64,000 nucleotides of DNA from positions 22,927,808-22,991,807 of the forward strand of contig CM119269.1 of NCBI GenBank assembly GCA_051294375.1, written 5' to 3'. How positions within the stretch are numbered: the first letter of the stretch is position 1; every line of letters starts with the position of its first letter. Under the pieces are notes generated by a model that had not been told where the DNA came from, made no database searches, and was given only the letters and a program-made list of their open reading frames with translations. Shown here piece after piece: positions 1-13,538 of the stretch. Made by a program: the position numbers and the translations under genes. The DNA is from Paraspadella gotoi. Lineage: Eukaryota > Animalia > Chaetognatha.

Positions 1-350
1 TTTATTTTTAAAGTTTATAGAAGATTCCTTCTTTGCTTTTTACTGATGATTATAATACTGCTTAATATGCTCGATTAAATATGCTTTTCCTAATCTTTTT
101 CTCTGCGTACACCTCCTCCTTTTTAGTTTTCAGTATTTTATTTCATTCATTTATTCATGTCATTGCCATTCATTGTTCATTCGATTTCCCATTTATTTGC
201 GCTGTTACTTTACAATCACAATTCATGTCAATTTTGTATAATTTTTTTTCTGACATGTGATTAGCATATTGTCGACTTTAGTTTTCTCACACTTGTCCAT
301 TTTTTTTTTTCAATTTTTTTTTTTTTTTTTTTTCTTATGTCCAACTTGTC
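1..350 (-). repeat. Noisy inverted copy of 3840-4132
   Basis: ctgcttaatatgctcgattaaatatgcttttcctaatc (58-96) is the reverse complement of gattaggaaaagcatatttaatcgagcatattaagc (4045-4080). The copy carries many small indels. Confidence 0.85.
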
Positions 351-1439
351 CATCATTTCGAGATATTGTCAATCTCCCCTAAATCCTCCGCGCCCCGGGG
401 CGGCTCTGAGGGCGGCCGCGCAGGGGGCAAGACTCATTCCAGGGGAGAGCAGGGCAAAGATGGCTCATTGAGAGGGCGCCCTCTAATAGACCCAAAATGT
501 TGTGCCCCAGGGGAACCCCCCTGGGGACGGCCCCTGTGTGTGCGGGCGGGCCAAAAAAAGTCTTGCCCCTTGGGGGGTAACACCCTTGGGGAGCCAAAAA
601 GTGCTCAGCCGCCAGGGGCGAAGTTAAGGAGAGAGGGCAAAGATTTAGATAGAAGAATATACTTTTCTTGACAATGTTATCTGTATTCTGAGAATCTCTC
701 TCCCTTGTCTGTTAGCTCTCTCTTTCTCTCTTTCTCTCACACTTTATCTGCTCTTTCTCGTCTCTTTTTTTCTAAGTCCTTTTTCTTTTTCTTTCTTTTT
801 TTTTCTTACTCTCATGCTCTATCTTTTTCTCTCTCTCTATCTTTTCAAGACTTGTTTTATGTACATTAAAAAAATATACATTTTTTTTTTCCAAATTATT
901 GTGAAACGTGAAATGATTTTTTTCTTCATTTAAGAATTTTGTATTATAATTGTCAGTTTGTAGATTGCTCAGATGAAACTCACTGTTAATTGAGGAAGGG
1001 CTGATGGTGTTGAGAGAGAAAGGTGAGCAAAACTTTATATCTAGCTCAGTCAGACACGTTTTCTAGCCGCACTAACAAGATTTTAATTCGGCAATCCATT
1101 ATCTAATTCATCGAATAATTTGGAGTTTAAATGCTAATGTGGGGACGGTACTTAAAGACTGATCATCTAACTAATTAAGTTAATTAATTAAGTTAATTAA
1201 TTTTTTTTTATTAAGTGAATTAAAAAAATAAAACTCATCCTACGTATTTATTCTACTATTTAGAAATTTCATAGTGAATAAAAATATAAATTTTTGTGTG
1301 TGGGTAGAAAAGTATGCAAAGTGAGTTTTAATAGAAAAAAACAAAAGTCACATTTAACTTGAATTCTTATTAACAAAATTTCCTGTCACTCTTTTCTCTC
1401 TCTTTTTATTTTTTACCAGATGAACATTAATAATCTAGC

Positions 1440-1940
1440 TAATTGATTTAGTTGATTGTTGACATGCAAATTAGCGCAAGTTTGACCAAATTACGGGCAA
1501 TTTGACCCCAAAAAAAAAAAAAGTTATGACAGTTGACCAAAATTATGACAGTTGGACGCAAATTTGATTGAAAGTTACGCAAATTATAAAAAGTCTACCA
1601 AATTATAAAAGTTGACAAACTTATAACTCAGTTTGACCAAATTATATCAGTTGACGCAAATTTATAGAAGGTTAACCGAAATTATGGCATCAGTTGACAT
1701 AAATTATAAACAAAAATTACAAAATTAAATGTCAGTTACCAAAATTGTGAAAAGTTGACACAATTGTGAAAGTTGACCAAATTGTGAAAGTTGACCGGCG
1801 AATTAATAAAGTTGACCGAAATTATAAAAGTTGTAGCAACAATTTTAAAAAGTTGACAACCAAAATTATATCAGTTGTCCAAATTATCGTCAGTTGACGC
1901 AAATTATGTCATTTGACATGGCAAGTTGAGAGCAAATTAT
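1440..1940 (+). repeat. Degenerate ~18-20-bp minisatellite (core GTTGACCAAATTAT)
   Basis: Many imperfect copies of agttgaccaaattat/aaagttgaccaaattgtg. Confidence 0.85.
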
Positions 1941-2559
1941 GCATATTGGTATTGAATTAATTGAAGTGAAATATATTATTTTATATTTTATAATTTGATG
2001 TTTAATAAAAGATGAAAAAAGAAAAGAAGAGTAGAGAAAGAGAGAAAGAAGTGAGAGAGAGAAGAGAGAAATTAGGAGGGAGAAGAGATGCCGTTCCAGG
2101 GGCGGCAGGCAAATTCATTTCCTCTGGGGGTGGCCGCCAGGGGATACAGGTTTTTCGCTAGCGCCCTGGGGGATTCCGCCCTGGAGTGGCCGCTTGGGGG
2201 CCGCAAAAAAAGAGGCTACTAGGGGCCGCCCGCCAGGCAGTAAGAATATTTGCTTGCCGCCCCGGGGCCGTCCCGCAGCGGGGCCACCCCGAGGGCCCCG
2301 CCCCGCTAGCAGCGCCCCAGCCGGGGAGCCGATTTCTGAAAGGTATTGACATACTTGCATCTCTTTCCTGTTCTCTGACTTCTCGCCTTCGGCTTGCTCT
2401 CTGCTTCTTGCTCTCTGCTGCTCTCTCTCTATCTGCTCTCTTCTCCCTTCCTTCCACTTTGTTGCCTTTTAATCGCCTTCTAAAATGTTTTCCTCTCATT
2501 TAACTCGCTTTTGTCTCTTGGTTATTTTTTGACGCTTTTCTTCTCTCTCTCTCTCTCTC

Positions 2560-2755
2560 TCTCTTGTCTCTTTCCTCATCCTTTAATTTCCTCTTCGCTC
2601 CGCATACTCTTTGCTTGGTGTTTCTCAACTCTGTAAATTTTATTAAATATTGTTAGTCTTTATTAATTATTTATTTATTTTATGTTTTATCTTTTATGCA
2701 TAATAATTTAATTCATCTTTTGTCTTCATTATCTTCTAAATAATCACAAATCTCA

Positions 2756-2786
<31 letters not shown>

Positions 2787-2905
2787 CTCTCTCACCACCA
2801 CACACTCACATCTCATAACTCACAAGACTCCGTAGTCACATTATCGCCAACGAACAGCGAAAAAGTTTTTTTTTTTCGGCCTGAGAAGAAAAATTCGCAA
2901 ATCAA
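2560..2905 (-). repeat. Noisy inverted copy of ~3270-3590
   Basis: ctcataactcacaagactccgtagtcacatt (2812-2842) matches the reverse complement of aatgtgactacggagtctgtgagttatgag (3328-3357). Confidence 0.85.
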
Positions 2906-3371
2906 AGTGCGCAATCGAATCAATCTAATATTACATTGATACATTACATTACTTAATGCGAGATATAAAATTTAAAAACATGCCAGTAATTTATAATATT
3001 TTAAGTGTTTTATAAAATATCAGCTGACAAATCCAGACCGACGCGACCAAAAATTGATTTATAGAAGTTTCTGCGAGTGACGGAGTATAGGAGACTGCAT
3101 TAATGGAAGAGTGTAAAGAGTTGATGGTCACTACAGACTCGTTTGTTGGTACCTGATAGAGATGGAGACGAACGACGACGAAATGAGGTTTCGTTTCTCC
3201 TCAAACTCGGGCGATTACACAAAAAACCATCAGGAGATCGAAAATGAGAAGAACTTCGCGCATCATTCGCCTGATGCGAATTTTCTTCTCAGGCGAAAAA
3301 AAAAAACTTTTTTCGCTTTCGTTGGCGAATGTGACTACGGAGTCTGTGAGTTATGAGTGTGAGTGTGTGTG

Positions 3372-3410
<39 letters not shown>

Positions 3411-4749
3411 TGAGATTGGTGATTATTTAAGAAGATAATGAAGAAAAATGAATTAAATTATTATGATAAAAGATAAAACATAAAATAAATAATAATTAAT
3501 TAAACTAACAATATTTAAAAATTACAGAGTGAAGAAACCCAACAAAGAGATGGGAGCGAAGAGGAAATAAAGGAGAGAAAGAGAAAGAGAGAGAGAGAGA
3601 GAGAGAGANNNNNNNNNNNNNNNNNNNNNNNNNNNNNNNNNNNNNNNNNNNNNNNNNNNNNNNNNNNNNNNNNNNNNNNNNNNNNNNNNNNNNNNNNNNN
3701 NNNNNNNNNNNNNNNNNNNNNNNNNNNNNNNNNNNNNNNNNNNNNNNNNNNNNNNNNNNNNNNNNNNNNNNNNNNNNNNNNNNNNNNNNNNNNNNNNNNN
3801 NNNNNNNNNNNNNNNNNAAGTCAGAAGAACAGAAAGATGACAAGTTGGACATAATGACAAAAGTTGAGACTGAGAAAACTAAATGACAAATGCTAATCAA
3901 TGTCAGAAAAAAAGTTATCAAAATTGAATGAATTTGATTAAATTTAAACGCAATAAATGGGAAATCAATGAATGAATGAATGAATGAATAAATGAATGAA
4001 ATAAAATATGAAAACTAAAAAGGAGAGTGTACGCAGAGAAAAAAGATTAGGAAAAGCATATTTAATCGAGCATATTAAGCATATTTAATCATATAAAAAG
4101 CAAGAGGAATTCTTCATAACTTTAAAAATAAAAATTAAAATTGAATTCAAAACTGAAAAAATCTTTAACTGATTCGTTCTTTTTTCATCTCAAGCGACTA
4201 CGCATCAAAAGTAACTACTGGTTGTGATTCCATTTTTTTCTTTCTTTTTTCTTTCTTTTATCTCTTCAGAATACTTACGTCACTCACTCAAGATTCGTCG
4301 TATCGTCGTCACGTCAGTCGTCATCGTCGTCCACGCACCGTAAGCATATGCTTCAAGGTCGACTTACCTGAAGCATTTTGAGAGTTAAGAGTCTTGATTG
4401 AACTTCAGGTCCGCATGCAGAACCATAAATGTAAATAGAGACAAGTTAGCTTATTTATTAACTTAATGCAAAATTTTTATATTGGTTGAATGTACATGCT
4501 CATTGTACAAACTTCACAATTAGAAAAATCAATATATTGCAAACACAATGAAGTCACACTTTCTTGTTTTTTTTTCTCATCTTTTATTGATTTCTTTATT
4601 CTCCGCCAATTTTTTTTCCCTTTTTTTCTTTTCTTTTTTTCCTCTCGCTTATCTTTCGCCGCCCCCCCTCCTTCCCGATATCTTTTCATGCATCGTTTTC
4701 TTCTCTTATTATCTTCTTTCACGCACTGTGACCGCTCTCTCACTCCAGC

Positions 4750-5476
4750 GGCGCAATTTTCCGAAAACGCCCCGGTTCGGTTTTTAAATTCTTGAACTTT
4801 ATTTTTCTTAATCTTAAACGTATTTCATTAATATCTTACTTGATAGAATCTTGACTTTACTTGGCATCAGTAAAGAATGCTCGCTTACTACGTAAACTAA
4901 GTCTTTAACATGTGTAATAATGTATAACTAATTAGCTTTGTCTAAAATAAAAAATAAAAACATAATTAAATATTATTTATATATTTTTATTATTCTTAAT
5001 TCTTATTGAACACATTTAATACTATTAACAATTAACTGTTAAAAATATTATTTTGAGGTTGAATAAGCTTTGATAAAAAGAAATAAACTTTAACAAAAGA
5101 GTACGTCCTTAATTTTTTTTTAAACCAAAACTGAACAAAAAAACACTAAATATGAGCAAGTTAACTCATTAAGTAATAAAATGTCAAAGTATTAATATTA
5201 ATTAATTAGTTAAAATATTACTATAACTCATGTTAATCATTAACATTGCTAAAAACTATATTTAGCTACTGGAAAACCGTAAAACAGAAGTAATATTAAT
5301 TTTTAAATGAAAATAGACACATTTAGATTTAATTCTGCAATATGTAAATGAGTTGAGAAATTCAATCTCATTTAAGATCATATCATATCCTTAACCTAAT
5401 CTTTCCATCAATCCTAAAAAACTGACTCAGTTCAGAAGTTAAACTGGAAGAAAGCTCTTCTGGAAAATAGGTGGCC
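4750..5476. mobile_element. TIR-bounded non-autonomous DNA element (MITE family 1, diverged copy)
   Basis: Left end GGCGCAATTTTCCGAAAACGCCCC, right end CTCTTCTGGAAAATAGGTGGCC. These resemble the ends of the copies at 10323, 14526 and 46661. Interior is AT-rich. Confidence 0.45.
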
Positions 5477-6270
5477 ACTGTGCGACCATCATATTTTTCT
5501 CTTGTCATTTCATCTTCTTTTTTCCTTTATCCTTCCACAGCGATCTTCTCATTTTTTTTCTCTCTTCACGCACAGTGACTTTTCTCTCTTATTCGCTACA
5601 AAAAAAAACTTCTTGGGGAAGAAAAACGAATTTTGACGAATGAAGTTTTTGATTCGCGCGACTGAATTGTGATAGTTTTTTGGTCGGTCCGTCTATCTTT
5701 GTATCTCTCTCTCAGTCTCTATCTATCCATATATCTAGACATCTATCTATCTCTCCTCCTTTTCTTTCATTTTTTCGTATAATTTTTATCTTTCCTCAAT
5801 TTTTCTGCTCTTCTCTGTGCTTCTCTTGATCTCATGTCGTCTCTCTCTCTGCCTCTCTCTCTCTCTCTCTCTCTCTGCGTCTCACACCATCCCTTCCTCG
5901 CTCACCTCTCTTTCTCTTCCTTCCATTTTTAATCGAGATTCAAATGTTATTCAATTTCAGAGGAGAATAAATTTTTCTTTAGATTTTCTCTCTCCGCTCT
6001 CTTCTCTTCTCTCTCATCTTTCTCTGATCTGATTCTCGTCTCTTTCTCTCTCTCTCTCTTTTCTCTCCTCTTAATTTCTTGTCTTTTCTCTTCAACTTTT
6101 CCTTCATTTTAATTTCAATTCTTGACTTTTTTCCTATTTTTCCCTTTTTTTTTCTTTTTTCTTTTTTTCCACTTCATATTTTTCTTTATTAGTATTACTA
6201 ATTCAAATCTTAAATTAAATGTTTTCTTATTACATTAAACTTCATGGATAGAGAAGAGTGAAGAAACGAG

Positions 6271-6432
6271 ACTGTGAGAGAGTCTTGATTGAAATCTTGT
6301 AGGGACCTGCTATGCCATTATTTTGTAAGAATGATGGAAGCCTTAACTTATCATAGCCTCTCCAAAGTTATAGGCAAGATAGCTTATTTATTAAACGAAA
6401 GGATAATTTTCATATTGGTTATACAAATTGAA
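6271..6432 (+). repeat. Dispersed ~150-190-bp repeat family 2 (other copies ~4385-4510+, 9492-9621-, 16055-16135-, 27330-27500+, 54899-55015+, 55803-55955+)
   Basis: Shared 5' ACTGTGAGAGAGTCTTGATTGAAA and shared 3' AAAGTCAGGGG(C/A)AAGATAGCTTATTTATTAAA..GGATAATTTTTATATTGGTTGTACCAATT. Confidence 0.75.
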
Positions 6433-6910
6433 TTAAAGTTTTCTTTATTTTTTGTTTCTTGACTTTTATCCAAGATCATGACACAAAATATAACCTAACC
6501 AACATGTGTATAATTTTTTTGCATCACTTTAAAACTCACTTCTTCGCTTTTAAGCTAAAGAATGTGAGTTTTATTTTCATTCTCCTTTTATTTCTTTGGC
6601 CAAAATCAATTTCACAAATTTATGTGAGAAATGGATTTTCACAAAAAATTCTTAGATTCTTCTTTGTCGTCGTCGTCGTCGTCTTCTCACGATGAGCGTC
6701 TGGATTCGAAGTCCCTGACTTTTGACCCAGTTTAGTGATGGACTTTTTACTTTTAGTTACATGAAAAAAGAAGAAAAAGAGTGAGAGAGAAAGAGAGAGA
6801 GAGAGAGAGAGTAAGAGAGGAGAAGCCTACAGTTTAGCAGCTGCTTAGCTTAGAGAGACAGAAAGAGAGAGAGAAAGAGAGAAAGAGAGAGAGGGAGAAA
6901 GTAAGGGAGG

Positions 6911-6948
<38 letters not shown>

Positions 6949-7039
6949 GAGAAACAGAGAAGTATTTGAGTAAGAGAAATAGAAAAAGATGACTGCTGTT
7001 ATTCTTTCTCTTTCTTATTCCACGTTTTTCCTCACTACT

Positions 7040-7700
7040 TACCCACTTTGCATTTCACTTTCATCCTACTTTACCATTCACTTCCCACTCACTTACCATT
7101 CACTTCCCACTCACTTCCCACTCACTTTACCATTCATTCCCCATCACTTACCATTCACTTCCCCACTCACTTCCCCATACTTTACCATTCACTTCCCACT
7201 CACTTTACCATTCGTTTCCCCACTCACTTTACCATTCACTTCCCCATCACATTACCATTCACTTCCCACTCACTTTACCATTCACTTCCCATCACTTTCC
7301 ATTCTTACCTCACTTTCACTTTACCATTCACTTCCCACTCACTTTACCATTCACTTCCCACTCACTTTACCATTCGTTTCCCCACTCACTTTACCATTCA
7401 CTTCCCCACTCACTTACCATTCACTTCCCCATCACTTTACCATTCACTTCCCCACTCACTTTACCATTCACTTCCCCACTCACTTTACCAATTTTCACCA
7501 CCTTCAATTTACCATTCGTTTCCCCACTCACTTTACCATTCACTTCCACTACTTTCACATATATTCACTTCCCCACTCCTTTACCATTCATTTCCCATCC
7601 TTTTACCTTCACTCCCTCCTTTACATTCAATTTCATCTTAACATTCCTTCCCACTCACTTCTCATTCACTGCCCACTTCACTTACTTCATTCCCACACTT
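7040..7700 (+). repeat. ~23-25-bp minisatellite (TTACCATTCACTTCCCACTCACT)
   Basis: Tandem imperfect copies. It accounts for the repetitive ORFs 6989-7738 and 7048-7641. A few more units lie at ~7930-8000. Confidence 0.92.
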
Positions 7701-8134
7701 TTGATATATTTTATATTTATTTTTTATTATTTTATTAGTTTATTTATTTTTTATTTTATTTTTTTTTTTTATTTTTTTTTTTATTTATTTTTAATTTATA
7801 TTTTATTGTTTTTTATTTTTATTATTTTATTTTATTTTATTTTTTTATTTTATATTTTTATTTTATTATTTTTTTTATTTATTATTTTTTTTATTTATTT
7901 ATTTATATTTTCTATTATTGTCCCCTCTTTCCAGTTCACTTCACACTCCAATTCACCATTTCACTTCCCCACTCACTTTACCATTCACTTTCTCACTTCC
8001 TCCTTCACTCATTTCCTTCCACCTTCACTCCTTCATCTCCAACGTCTCATCACGTCTTCCTTTTTGTCTCTCGACTCAAGATAAAGAAGAAATTCGAGGT
8101 TTGGAGATCAACATCCTAGTGAGGGTGTCGGAAA

Positions 8135-8620
8135 ATAGGAAAGAGAGGAAGAAGAGAAAGGTAAAGATAGGAGGAAAGAGAGGAAGAAAAGAAAGGAAAA
8201 GATAGGAAGAAAGAGAGGAAGAAAAGAAAGGAAAAGATAGGAAGAAAGAGAGGAAGAAAAGAAAGGAAAAGATAGGAAGAAAGAGAAGAAGAAAAGAAAG
8301 GAAAAGATAGGAAGAAAGAGAGAAAAAAAGGAAAGGGAAAGATAGGAGAAAAGAGAGGAAGAAAAGAAAGGAAAAGATAGGAAGAAAGATAGGAAGTTGA
8401 GAAAGGAAAAGATAAGAGGAAAGAGAGGAATAAGAGAAAAGAAAAAATAAGAAGAAAGCGAAGAAGTAGAGAAAGGAAAAGATAAGAGGAAAGAGAGGAA
8501 GAAAAGAAAGGAAAAGATAGGAGGAAAGAGAAGAAATAGAGAAAGGAAAAGATAAGAGGAAAGAGAGGAAGAAAAAAGGAAAAGATAACAAGAAAGAGAG
8601 GAAGAAAAGAAAAGAAAAAA
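8135..8620 (+). repeat. Purine-rich ~35-bp minisatellite (GAAAAGATAGGAAGAAAGAGAGGAAGAAAAGAAAG)
   Basis: Tandem imperfect units are directly visible. Confidence 0.85.
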
Positions 8621-9994
8621 ATAAAAAGGACTACTTTAAAAAAATACTATACTTAAATACTTAATATAAAACTTACATTTTTTTGAGGAAAAAAATATAA
8701 TAAAGAAGGGATCAAATTTACTTGACCAAAACGAAGGAAAAAAAATGAATCTGAGGATCGTCGCCAGAATGGAATCTCGAACGCTGATTGGCCCGGAATC
8801 GACCAATCAAGATCAAGATCAGCTTGATCTGTTATCCTTTTCCTTCTTCCTGTTTGGTTCCCAATATCTAATCACAGCAGAACTATTTTCTTTTCATTAT
8901 TCTGCGAATGTTCGTTTGTTTTCAGTTTTCCCTTTTATCGCCAGTGGCGTCAGCGAGTGACGAGTTGAAACAATTATTTGATGCAAGTTAAAAAGATAAT
9001 AATAGTTATAAAATATTTGTTTGTAACTAGAAACAGGTCAGTCGAGTTCAGTTGTTCAGTTGTTCAGTTGTTCAGTTGTTCAGAAGTTTAAAATTCCACC
9101 TGAAAATCGGAAATTCCGATCAACTTCGTGTAAATCGAGTCTTTTTTCCTGAAATTCTTTTTTGGAAGATTCACAAAAAAAAAAGATTAAAGAAAAGATC
9201 TCACAAAAATATTGAGAGATAGTCGGTGAAAACTCCTTTTTCACGCTTCACTCGATTCAAGTGAAATTCCATTCGGGTTTTGTCACAAATTCTGTCTCAC
9301 TCACGTTTTAAAACTTTATCGATTTTATCACTCGATAAGTCCGTCTGTCTGTCTGTAGCGGGTATTGCGCCTTTGTGAGCAAGTTTGCTCTCGGTCTAAG
9401 TACAATATATATATTCAGCAACTGTATGGGTTAACTGTCACTATAAACATCGGTGAGGGCAGCTTTATGTTTTTTTTATATCGTTCGTTGTTATGAAATT
9501 GTTCAAACACAATATAGATATTTTTATTCATTAGATAAAAGCCATCTTGCCCCTGACTTTGATGGGTTGAGGACCCCAACCCACTTAGCAGCCTGAGCCT
9601 TCATCAAGTCTCTCTCACAGTCCAGTTGATCAACTCACAGACACCTGGCTTCCTAACAACGAACTGGCATCATTTTTGATGAATGACTTCAGGTTTATAT
9701 TTAATATATCCCTTCCACTTTTTTTCTTTCTTCGGTATAAACGACATAAACGCTTTTATCTCCGACCTCGTTAAAACCGGAAGTGTTTTCTCTTTATCAA
9801 ATGAAATTTCCGCGTCGCTCTCTCTCTCTCTTCTCTTCTCTCGTCTCTTCTCTCTTTCTCTTCTCTTATCTCTCTCTCTCTCTCTCTCTCGCACCTGCGT
9901 TCATTGAAAGGAGAGGAATCATTTCTCCTCAATTAATGCGTCCGTTGAAAGTGACGGAAGATCGGCGCCTTGGAGAAGCCAGGGGGGGGGCGTT

Positions 9995-10190
9995 GGTGAG
10001 AAGCGGTTGTAGTGAGAAGCGATGATAGTTATTGCGATAATGAGAGGCGGATGTTCTGAGAAGCGGTTATAGTGAGAAGCGATGGTATTTATTGTGATAA
10101 TGAGAGGCGGATGTTCTGAGAAGCGGTTATAGTGAGAAGCGGTTATAGTGAGAAGCGATGATAGTTATAAATTGTGATAATGAGAGCGGA
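9995..10190 (+). repeat. 60-bp tandem repeat built on TGAGAAGCG
   Basis: gataatgagaggcggatgttctgagaagcggttatagtgagaagc recurs at 60-bp spacing. Confidence 0.85.
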
Positions 10191-10322
10191 AAGAATCCGA
10201 GGCATCAAATGCAGAAGAAATTTAATTCCAACTTGAAAAGACAACACGCGTTTTCTATCGATGCAGAAATCAAAATAAAAGAGAAAAAGAGAATAGAAAA
10301 AAAAGACAAAAGAACAACTTGG

Positions 10323-10895
10323 GGCACTATTTGCCCAAAACGCCTTATTTCATCTTAAATTCGAAATTAAAGGTTAATTTTTTTAAGTTAAAGATTAGGT
10401 TAGGGTTGATGGTTAAGGTTTTGGGTCAGGGATTATGGTTAGTGTTAGGTTTAGGGATGATGGTTAGGGTTTTGGGGTTATATTTCAAAATTAGGTTAGG
10501 GTTTTAGTCAGCCCTTGCATAAGTTCACTCCGCCTATAAGCATGACATCTTTAGTCGAGACCCGGTGGTTCATCGAGTAAAGCCATCAGCTCATGATCAT
10601 TAGGTAACTACCTTGCGCAAAGAGTGAGGATGGCCATAAACCGTTTTAGTAGGTTGAAAAACCTTCAAGCCTGGTTCCAAGCCTTTGACCCATTCCATGG
10701 CTGCTAGAGGCGTTAAAGAAGTTGCGGTTAGCACTATTCAACCCACTTAGCGCTTTATCCACAAGGTTAGGGGTTTTGGTTACAGCGGTTAATTATTAGA
10801 TTATAAGTTTAAAAACTTATTTTGGTTAAATATTAAGGTTAAAACTAAATTCTGGGATAAAGGAACAGAAATGGGTTACTCTCGGAAAAGAGAGT
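10323..10895. mobile_element. MITE family 1 copy with TTAGGG-like interior
   Basis: Ends GGCACTATTTGCCCAAAACGCCTTATTT and AAATGGGTTACTCTCGGAAAAGAGAGT. Interior has ggttagggtt runs. Flanking 8-mers caacttgg/aaaattgg match 6/8. Confidence 0.6.
10555..10760 (+). mobile_element. Degenerate tRNA-derived SINE-like insert inside the MITE
   Basis: GC-richer insert beginning cccggtggttcatcgagtaaagccatcagctcatgatc, which resembles a tRNA 5' half/A-box. No intact B-box is seen. Confidence 0.3.
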
Positions 10896-10989
10896 AAAAT
10901 TGGTTTCTTGTTTAACAGATCGGCTTCAATAATTATCCAATCCTTATCTTATCGAGGGAAGCAGCGGGAATTGGCTTCATGATTAACGC

Positions 10990-11250
10990 TACCAATCACA
11001 GTTAATCAGAGTAAATTATATACAATCACGACCAATCACGGGCAATATCAGCCAATCACTGCCATTCACAGCCAGTCAAAACCATAGTCAGTCGTTAGAT
11101 GTCACTCAAAGCGAATTCATAGTCCCATATAGCGAATCACAAACAATTACAGCCAAATACGGTCATTTAATGCCTATCACAACCAATCACAGTGATTGAG
11201 TTCATAACTTTGTCGATTACAGATACGGCCACTCACAGCCAATCACCGTG
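10990..11250 (+). repeat. Degenerate CCAATCAC-core minisatellite
   Basis: Repeated accaatcac/agccaatcac/gcgaatcac at ~20-bp spacing. Confidence 0.65.
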
Positions 11251-11679
11251 ATGGCCTTTCTTGTCATTTGGATGACCTGATATTCCTCTTCATGTGGAAA
11301 ATAGAACCAAATATTTTTTTTCGCGCAGAAAAAAAAAATCGATGCGATCAAATTTTTTTTTTTTTTTTCCTTTTTTTTTCTTTTTCTTTTTTTATTCCTT
11401 GATGCATCATTTATGCTTCTAGTTTTTACATCATCGTCGTGATTTGATGACATCAGAGCTTTGCATTTGTGATAACAGGTTGAAAGCTGTGCATTTGTGA
11501 CATTATGATCTTTTCTCAAGGGCTTTGCATTTGTGACATGTTTTTTTGAGTGCTGTGCATTTGTGACATCGTGATCACTAAAAGCTTTGCCTTGATATGG
11601 ATTCTACATTCATGATACCTTGTTCTTTATAAGATCCGATTTGATGCCAAATGTGAGAGAGAGAGAGAGAGAAAAGGAG

Positions 11680-11773
<94 letters not shown>

Positions 11774-11833
11774 CGTCGTTATGACATTTTCGGAATCACA
11801 TGCCAGAGCAGATGTGGAAAATGGTTGCGGGGG

Positions 11834-11910
<77 letters not shown>

Positions 11911-12760
11911 CTGTTGACTGTTACCAACGCGCTTAATTAAGAGTATCTTCTTCCTCTGGAGAAAAAAAAAGAAAGAAAAAAGAAGAAAAATTTTTTTCCC
12001 GCTCGAATCAACTTTTTTATTTTTCTCTTCGTTTTTTTGTTTTCTGCCACAAGAAAACAGAGACTAAGAAAAAAAAAACAGAGAGAAAATATGAAGATCC
12101 TAAAGGAGCGAGACGCCAGACAGACAGCGGTGGAGAGAGTTCGTGGTTGGAATTTTGTGGGGATTTGTGGTCTTCGCGTGGGGAAAGGAAAGTGATTAGT
12201 AATGATTAGTAGTGATTACATATGTGATTAGATAAGGGAGTGATAATTGATAAGTGATAAGTGATAAGTGATAAGTGAGAAATCCAATGTAACATCCGAG
12301 GAATTATGAAGCAGAACTCTGCGCTTAGACGCATGGCGACGACATGGAAATCATGGACGGCAAGGAAAGCATGGACGGCATGGAACCTGAGAGATGAGGC
12401 CAAAAAGATTCTTGTGACTGAGTCTTTGCCAGAGATGGGAGAATTAATGAAATGCAATAACAGTAGATGATTGTTACGTGAATATTGGTCTTTGTTGGTA
12501 CCAAGGTTAATGGTTATAGCGACTGGAATTTCGTTCACAATCTCTGCATCATGATAACTGAAAAAGGAAAAGGGAAAAAAAGGAAAAAGGAAAAAGGAAG
12601 TCACCTAAAAACCCTATCACCACAATGGAATTATCATAATTTCCCTCTGCGCACAGTGATTCGTCTCGCCCAATCCAATTTCAGTTTTCCACTGTGGGGG
12701 GAGGGCAAAGTCCGAGTTGTCTCTCTCTCCCTCTCTCTCTCCCTCCTCCCTCTCTCCTCT

Positions 12761-12806
<46 letters not shown>

Positions 12807-13538
12807 CTTCTCTTCTCTCTCTCTCTCTTCTCTCCTTGTATTAAAATACGGTACGTCGCGAGCGCGTCTTTTTCAAGGATGCCCGCTGCCGCAGGCTTCT
12901 ACCGTCTGCTGTAGCTGGACACGGCTGCTGTTGTAGAAACGCGGTTGAATAACCAACCAACCTTTTCTAAGTGCAGCCGTCTTAACGATGGACTATCAGC
13001 ATAAAAAACAAGGAGAAAGCGGGACTGGTGGAGAAATTACCTACCAGTGGCTGGAGATAAGAAATGTAGATATAAATGAGGATCTGTCGTTATCTTATAA
13101 TTTAGTCAATCACAGAATAATTAATATTTGTTGAAATTTTGAATAAACCCGATTTGAATTACTCTTTATTCTATTTTATTTAATTAAAAAAAATATCGAT
13201 CTTTTTAAAAAAACTTATTCAAAAATATATTTAACCGAAAATTAATACGTGATAAAATATATTCATGGTCAATCTTTCATTTTAAGAGTTTAATTTATCT
13301 TTTCTCTGTCTACATTAGTTTACATTAGTTAATATTTCTATCGAATGTTTTGTTCCGTGTTTTTCTTTTTTGGTTTTCTGTTTTCTCTTCCCCTCCGTCA
13401 GAGGCGCGCGGAATATATAAAGAAAAAAAATATTTTAAAAATAAATTCTCTTTTTTTGTTCATCGATTTGTAGCTGCTACCAATGTTTTTTTCTTATGAA
13501 ATAAATATAATCTAAAAACATTTTCTCTTTTTTTTCAG

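Noticed and set aside
366-671. GC-rich ORFs at 366-671 and 2115-2503
   Set aside because: No recognisable motif or splice structure. They are G/C-run-rich patches inside a noisy read-like arm and probably low-quality sequence.
6989-7738. 249-aa His/Thr/Phe/Pro ORF
   Set aside because: Translation of a 23-25-bp minisatellite.
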